A stretch of DNA of 64,000 nucleotides from Amoebidium appalachense. Taxonomy: Eukaryota; Protista; Ichthyosporea. Of this stretch, positions 30,168 through 64,000 are shown one piece after another. The notes under the pieces are model-generated. The model worked only from the letters and a program-made list of their open reading frames with translations. It made no database searches and was not told the DNA's origin. The translations under genes and the position numbers were made by a program. Each line of letters starts with the position of its first letter. Within the stretch, counting starts at the first letter, position 1. Location of the stretch: contig CAVNZM010000006.1 in the NCBI GenBank assembly GCA_963693365.1, positions 7,729,264 to 7,793,263 on the forward strand, in the 5' to 3' direction.

Positions 30168-30939
30168 AAAGGGGGGGGGGGGGGGGGGGGGGGTGCAACG
30201 GCAGCTAATTGGCAAGCCCTCCCCTCCCTCCCCCCTTCCTGCCTCCCCTCTTTATCCGTCCACCTCAGCCACACCCTCCAACCACCACCACCACCACCAT
30301 TCCCGGCACCCTTTATTAACCCTTCCCCGTTCCACACCCTCCGTGGAATAAAATGCTTACTGTTAGTAACTTACTTTACAACTGACAGCACCCATGGCCC
30401 GGCCTGTGCTGTCGCCCTGAATTCTCGACAAATAAAAGAACTTAACAGGTTTGTTCATGCATACCGTAGTTCATACCATAGCACTGCACTGGCAGCAAAT
30501 AGAGGCTTGGTCGTTCTTAAAATTCTCCATCCCTGGGTCCATTTACCCCCTTTCCCCCCCCCCCCCCCCCCCCCCCCCCCCGCTCCCCTCCCTTACCACC
30601 GTGTTTTGCGCGCGTGCGCGCGCGCGTGTGTGTGTGTCAGTGACACGGCATTGTGTGTGCAACTGTACAAGTGTGTGTGTGTCACGTGTATGTATGCGTG
30701 TGTGTGTGTGCGTGCGTGCGTGTGAGTGTGCGCGTGTGTGCTTGCGCGTGCACGTGTGTCCGCATGTGCACGCTTGCACATGTGTGCGTGTGTTTGCGAG
30801 TATTGTGGGACGGACTGTACACCTCCGGCCCGATCCCTGTGTGACCGGGAGCGCTATGCCACATACTTGAGTCGGATTCGGGTATAAAACCCGACGCACC
30901 GCTCATTTCTGGCAGATCCTTGCATGCGCACAGACTGCA

Positions 30940-33900
30940 TTTTTTTTTTTTTTTTTTTTTTTATTTTATCACGTTTTGTTCCCGGAGGCCTTTTCAGGCC
31001 CTCTAGGGAAACTACCGTCTACCACACAGCACCGACAGTACACTCGTTAAGGTGCTATCTATGAGTTCAGCTAAGCTAAACCATCCTTCACAACCTAACT
31101 ATAAGTACACACTTTGCCCAGGGCTACTACCCCAGCCACGCCGGCAGGAGGCTCCAGTCCTCCCCTCCATTCAAAAACCTAGCAATAAACGTTAACCGAG
31201 GGCTCTCATTGGTCGATCTACAGTATTGGGAAGTCCTAGGTGTTGTGTATAATATTTACGGTGGGTATGGGTGGATGATGGGGTGTGGTGGTGGTGGTGG
31301 TGGGGGGTTGCTGCCTAACATTATGTGTTGGTGTACGTATGTTGTGGCGATGTTTTTGTGGACTAAAAGGTGGGTTTTACAGGGCACACCGGGTCTGTGG
31401 GTGTTCCGGCATTCAGAACAGGCCGGCCGGGTGTGTGTGGGGGGTGTATTTGTTGGTGTTTTGGGTTTTTGGAGAGCCATACTTTTCTTTCTACGGGTGG
31501 TGGGTATATGGTGGTGTTTTTGCATTTTAGGGTGGGTGGGGGGGAGTGTTGTGTTCCGTGGGTGCCAAATTTTTGCAAAGAAAAAGGATTGCAACTCTAC
31601 TGTGATTTTTCCTAAGATGGCCCGGGTGGTGGTCTTGGAGGTGCCGGTGGCTGCAAGTAGTGGGCCCACCGATCGTGGGCAGAATCCCCGTTCGACCCAC
31701 TTGGTGTCTTCGGGGTCAGGTGGGTCACCGTTGCCTCCTATCCAGTTTATCCATGCACATTGGTCTACCACCGTGGCTGCCGTATGGTGGTGCTGTGCCG
31801 TGGGGGTGTTTGGATGACGAGTGTGCAGGACGTTGTGGATGCAGGCTGTGATGGCGGTGGTCAGGGTGGGGACTTCCCCGGCATGGGCCGGGCAGGCCCA
31901 GAGGTGGGTGGTGGTCTCAGGGTGCTGGCTGCACCGGGGGCATGTGGGCTGTGTAACGACGGTGGGGTGATCTCGGTGTAGCCGTGCCATGGTAGGCAGG
32001 GTGCCCATGGCCAGGGACAGGCTACGAGTGTTTCCTCTGACTGCCCCGATGGTTGCCTGTGTGGGCCCCTTGTTGAGCTTGAGGGGGTTCCGTTCGGCTG
32101 GGAGCAGTCTGGGGTCGGCTAGTATGGACATAGCCTTGGTCTTGCCGGCCATGTCGGTGAGGAAGTCCTTGTTCAACCGGTTCAGTGTACCGGGAATGTT
32201 GCCGGGGATACGGTGGCCTTGTAGTCGTAGGAAGTATTTCCCCCCCCCCCGGGGCCGGAGGTAGGGGGGGGGGGAGGGGGGGAGGACTCTTCCTGCATTG
32301 GCTGCCTTGTCTGCCTCGTTATTCCGTTGACCGTACCGTTTGGTGTTGGATTGGTGCCCCTTCACCCACGATACCTGTACAGAGCCTGGTTGCCGGAGAG
32401 AGAGTTGGTCTCGTACGTGAGCCCATTCCACTATGTGGGGGAACTTTAGCTTGCGTCGAGGGGGTGTGGTGGGGTCTATATTTGCCGTCCATCGGTCGAC
32501 TACTCCGAGGTTATCGAGCTTGATGTGGATGGGGGTGGTGGTGGGGGTGAGCAGGAGGGCTAGTAGTACCCCTGTGAGTTCGGCTTGGGTGGATGATAGG
32601 GCCGTATGGAGCCTGGTCTTGGCCGTCACTGGAGGTGCTTTCCGGTCCGGGGTGTCCAGTGCCGCCCCGGCTCCGGCCTGGGCTATCCTCCTGCCCGGGT
32701 GGATGAGGCTGCCGTCCGTATAAACGGTGATCGGTTGGTCTGGGGGGATCAGGGTGATTTGCTGCTGCCACTCGTCATAGGTGGCCTGGGGCACCAAGTC
32801 GGTGTAGGTGAGCCTACGGGGAGTGGGTGGGCTCGGCAGGTCAGCCGGGTGGGCCGTGCACTTGTGTCCTGGTGGTGACCCTACCGGTGGTGGCTGCTGG
32901 GGGGGGGGTGGGCCGGGGAGGTCCCCCGGTAAGGGTGTGGCTTCCTCGTTGGCTTGCAGGTGGAGCATCTGGGGTGATGCCTGTTGGTGGGGGGGAAGAT
33001 GCCGCCGGAAATGGTGTATCTTCCTCCACTGCTCGGCCGGATCGGAGCCATCCTTCAGTGCGATGACTTGGTAGATGTCGATACTGTCGGTGTTGATGAA
33101 GTCCTTGTGGTACTTCGGGACTACCATGTGGGTGGTGATTCGGGTCTTGAAGGCCACGTAGGGGTCTGCCCGTATCACCTCCACAGCACGGGTCCACCCC
33201 ACACACTGCTTGTTGTGGGTGTGATTATCGGCTGGGGGCTCAGGGGGCTCGTATTTGCTGTTGGTGCTGTCGGTGTTAGAGTCCTCTGAGTCGTCGGAGT
33301 CGTCGCTGGGCCCCGTCGACTCCGATTCTGGCTCCGTGTCTAACCCTTCCCCCTCTCCGTCTGCGTACCCGGGGTTGGGGGAGAGGGTGGCCGGGGTGTA
33401 GGCTAGGTTCCATGGGGAGTGGCCGTATTTGCAGTCACCAGGGCAAAAGCGGAAATGGGCTGTTCCATGTGGGTCGTTCCACGTGGGTCGGTGCCATCTC
33501 AGCCCCTCCTCCTCTGTGTTGTCCCGTAGATGGGCTATTTTGACCCAAGCCTCCCCGTTGTGGGTGGTGTGGGCCACCACCTGGCTGAGTTCGTATTGCC
33601 CGTTCTTGACTATTTCCACCACGAATGCACCGACGGGGTGGTTTGGCACGAGGTCAATGGTGTGGTGGGTGTGTGGTCTGGGTGCTGGCCGTAGTTTGTC
33701 TGCGATGGGGATGGCCCCCTTGATGATGGACCTGTACCACTGTGTAGCTCCCGGGTGTAGTAGGTCTGGGGGGTGGGGCAGTTCGGGGAACGCCCGGAAC
33801 ACCCCCGGCCGTACCATGGTGTCCTCCACCGTGTAGAGTTGACGGGGGTGTGTGTGGGGGCCGATGTGGGCCGCAAAGGTGTGGTCCGGGAAAACGGTGT

Positions 33901-34843
33901 TGATAGGGGTGCTGGTTGTTGTTGCTGCTTCCCCTCCTTCTCCTTGGGGGGAGGGGGGGGGGTGGGGTGGGGGTGCTTGTGTTTTTTGGGGAGGGGTTTC
34001 CCCAATACTCAGGTGCCGCTCGTGAAGGATCCCCGTGATATGGGCCCAATAGTTGTGGAGCTGCTTTCCCCCTAGCCTGTAAAGTTTGGCTGGGGGTGCT
34101 TGCAGGGGGTGGGTAGGGTAGGCCTGTCACGTGTTGCTGCTGCCAGGCTCGGTACCGCACCACGTCCCCTGCTGGTCCTGGTGTTTCCAGCAGGGCACAC
34201 AGCTCCGTAACCATGGTGCTGGCTGCTGATTCGACGATGCTGGCCAGTCCCCCTAGAGTGGGATGGTGTAGCAGCCCGGACGGGGTGCTCCGGTGGAAAC
34301 CACACTTCCGACGGAGTAGGTCTCTCCACTTGCTGTCGATTGCCTGCATGGTGGTGTTGCTGATGACTGACCCTTTGAGGAGGAAGAGGATGGCCGGGGC
34401 CACCACACTGTTGGCTACGTAGATCACTTGGCTGGGTGCCAGCATTTTACGGGCTAGTATGGTGGTGGCCCGTAATGTCAGCTGCATGGCCTTCCCATCG
34501 TTGGGCCGGGTGTGTCGTTGGAGGGTGATGTTGACCCCTAGCACTCTGATGTTTGCATCGGGGAGCTCGATCTGAATGGGTAGGGGTGGTGCTCCCGGGG
34601 ATTTGCGGTACTGCATGGGGGCCACTGTTGCCCGTGTTGGGGTACCACGGGCGAGGACTGAAAACTTGTCTGGGTGTGGTTCCAAGTCATGGTAATAAAA
34701 AAAGGGGGCAGATAAATCGAGAGTTTGCTGGATGCTCTCCTTGTTGGGGCCAAACCATGTTGTGTCGTCGGCGAAAGCTACAGACGTCACACACGGGGGT
34801 GTTTGTGCCGATGTGTGGTGCTGTGTCTGTGGGGGTAGGTGGA
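30940..34843 (-). mobile_element. 5'-truncated non-LTR retrotransposon (RT C-terminus - linker - RNase H - zinc motif), copy 2, with 16-bp TSD
   Basis: TSD ATGCGCACAGACTGCA at 30924-30939 and 34844-34859; poly-A tail (T run from 30940); RT motif SVAFADDTTW and IRVLGV in ORF 33654-34880; 857-aa ORF 31256-33829 with RNase H; apparent frameshifts near 34100 and 33950. Confidence 0.95.
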
Positions 34844-34916
34844 ATGCGCACAGACTGCACGGATCATATAATAAAGACACCCTTTACTCGTGTGTACTAG
34901 TCTCGTATAGTGACTT

Positions 34917-35775
<859 letters not shown>

Positions 35776-36818
35776 TCGGACAGATCGGTCTATCGGATTG
35801 GACAGAGTTATCTACGCTTTATAGATCTTAGATCTGGTAACATGACCCCCTGCTTGTGCAAATCTAAAACAACGGTTGTAATTTTGGCATATTACCGATT
35901 TTCTAGAGCCAAGGGTACAAAACATTCATATGAACTTTGCCAAAAGGGCAAGTACGATGTATGAGTGTGCTTCTGCTCTATTTACTTGTTATAATTATAC
36001 TCTATTGGTTTGAATAAATGTGGCGAGCAAGCTTGTACTACCAATCTGTTATTCAGGTTTACCCTGTACAGTACCGTGCACTCCAAGGCTCGATCCCGTG
36101 GTGCAACATCAGGGAATTTCCGTAAATACAGTTTCTAGCTTAAAATACTGGATGTGTCGATCGGTAAAGCCGTGAAGGTCTGGAATGCTTGAAACATAAG
36201 AGCGACCGTCTCCTCCACACTATGTACGCGTTTTGAGGTGTGTTCTTTCAATTTTGGGGGGAGAACGAATTCCGACCACTTTGAAAAACACGGAGTTTCT
36301 GTAGAGCACTGTTCTTTCTCATAAAATGATAACTGTTATATATACTATACTGCTCGACCTAACATTTTCATAACTTGGCTAGGTTTCTTGCAACCACTTG
36401 GGCTCACACTTAACGAACATCACTTTACTCCAACAGTAGTTTTGTTGACAAGTTGACACTCAAAGTTTTTATTATTCTTTGCTGCATATAGTTGACACTT
36501 AGCCAACAGAGTACACGCATGCTTAGTTTTAGTTTCTGTGTGCGCGTTCGCGCGCGCACACATCCGCACTCGTAATAACCCGCACCAGCCGAGTTTCTAG
36601 GACAACACAGCTACACACACAATCCCATATATCGCCCATCCGAAGACACACACACACACCGTGGACCACACAAGCACGCCCACATACACACGTGCGCGAG
36701 TGCACACACGTTCGCATCAACGCATTCTCGCACGCACACGTTTATACTTGCATATATTCATATACACACACCGTGGCACACACGTGTGTAAACACGCACG
36801 CACGCACACCACGCAAAC

Positions 36819-63514
<26,696 letters not shown>

Positions 63515-63690
63515 GTATGCCTCCCCCCTCCCCCCCTCCCCCTCCCCTTCTTCCTCTTAAAAACGTACCCACTCTCTCTATCTGTAGGCTTTCACGCCTT
63601 TCCTTCCCCCCTCCCCCCCCCCCCCTTCCCCGCGGCCAACCAGCCACCACCACACAATCACCACCACCACCGTCACAAATACGACCACTG

Positions 63691-63801
<111 letters not shown>

Positions 63802-64000
63802 AAGAGAAACACCCATATACTCAACCTCCTTCACCCATGTGCACACGTACTCAAACTCACACTCACGCACACCCACTTTGTCGAGAGTATATGACTTTCA
63901 TATATATCTTGATGCATAGACACAGAAAAACAGTTGTGTCTAGTTTCACTGGAGAAAGAACATGATACTATAATCATTGTAAGAAATGATACAATAATAC

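Overview
Eukaryotic genomic DNA with very intron-rich genes. The introns are packed with microsatellites ((CA)n/(GT)n, (GA)n, (TGCG)n) and long poly-C/poly-G runs, so almost all six-frame ORFs are repeat artefacts. Manual GT-AG exon assembly gives: (1) a TRM5 tRNA m1G37 methyltransferase gene (+, 15 exons in the window, start upstream, stop at 14848); (2) a BTB-BACK(-MATH-like) pseudogene (-) whose introns hold two non-LTR retrotransposons; (3) a second, longer copy of the RNase H-bearing LINE with a 16-bp TSD; (4) a foldback inverted repeat; (5) tRNA-Phe(GAA); (6) a roughly 33-exon phospholipase D gene (+, runs off the right end) with an unusual C2-C2-(PH-like)-PLD architecture; (7) a CACTA-type MITE. 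The most interesting signals are two related intronic repeat families that mostly sit in poly-C runs. They are 5'-truncated and partly tandem, share hammerhead-core-like motifs, and family B has covarying stems (candidate non-autonomous Penelope-like/retrozyme system). Also notable are 3' splice sites built on (CA)n or poly-A instead of polypyrimidine tracts, and recurrent duplication of exon-intron junctions. All exon calls and alignments were made by eye; no searches were run.
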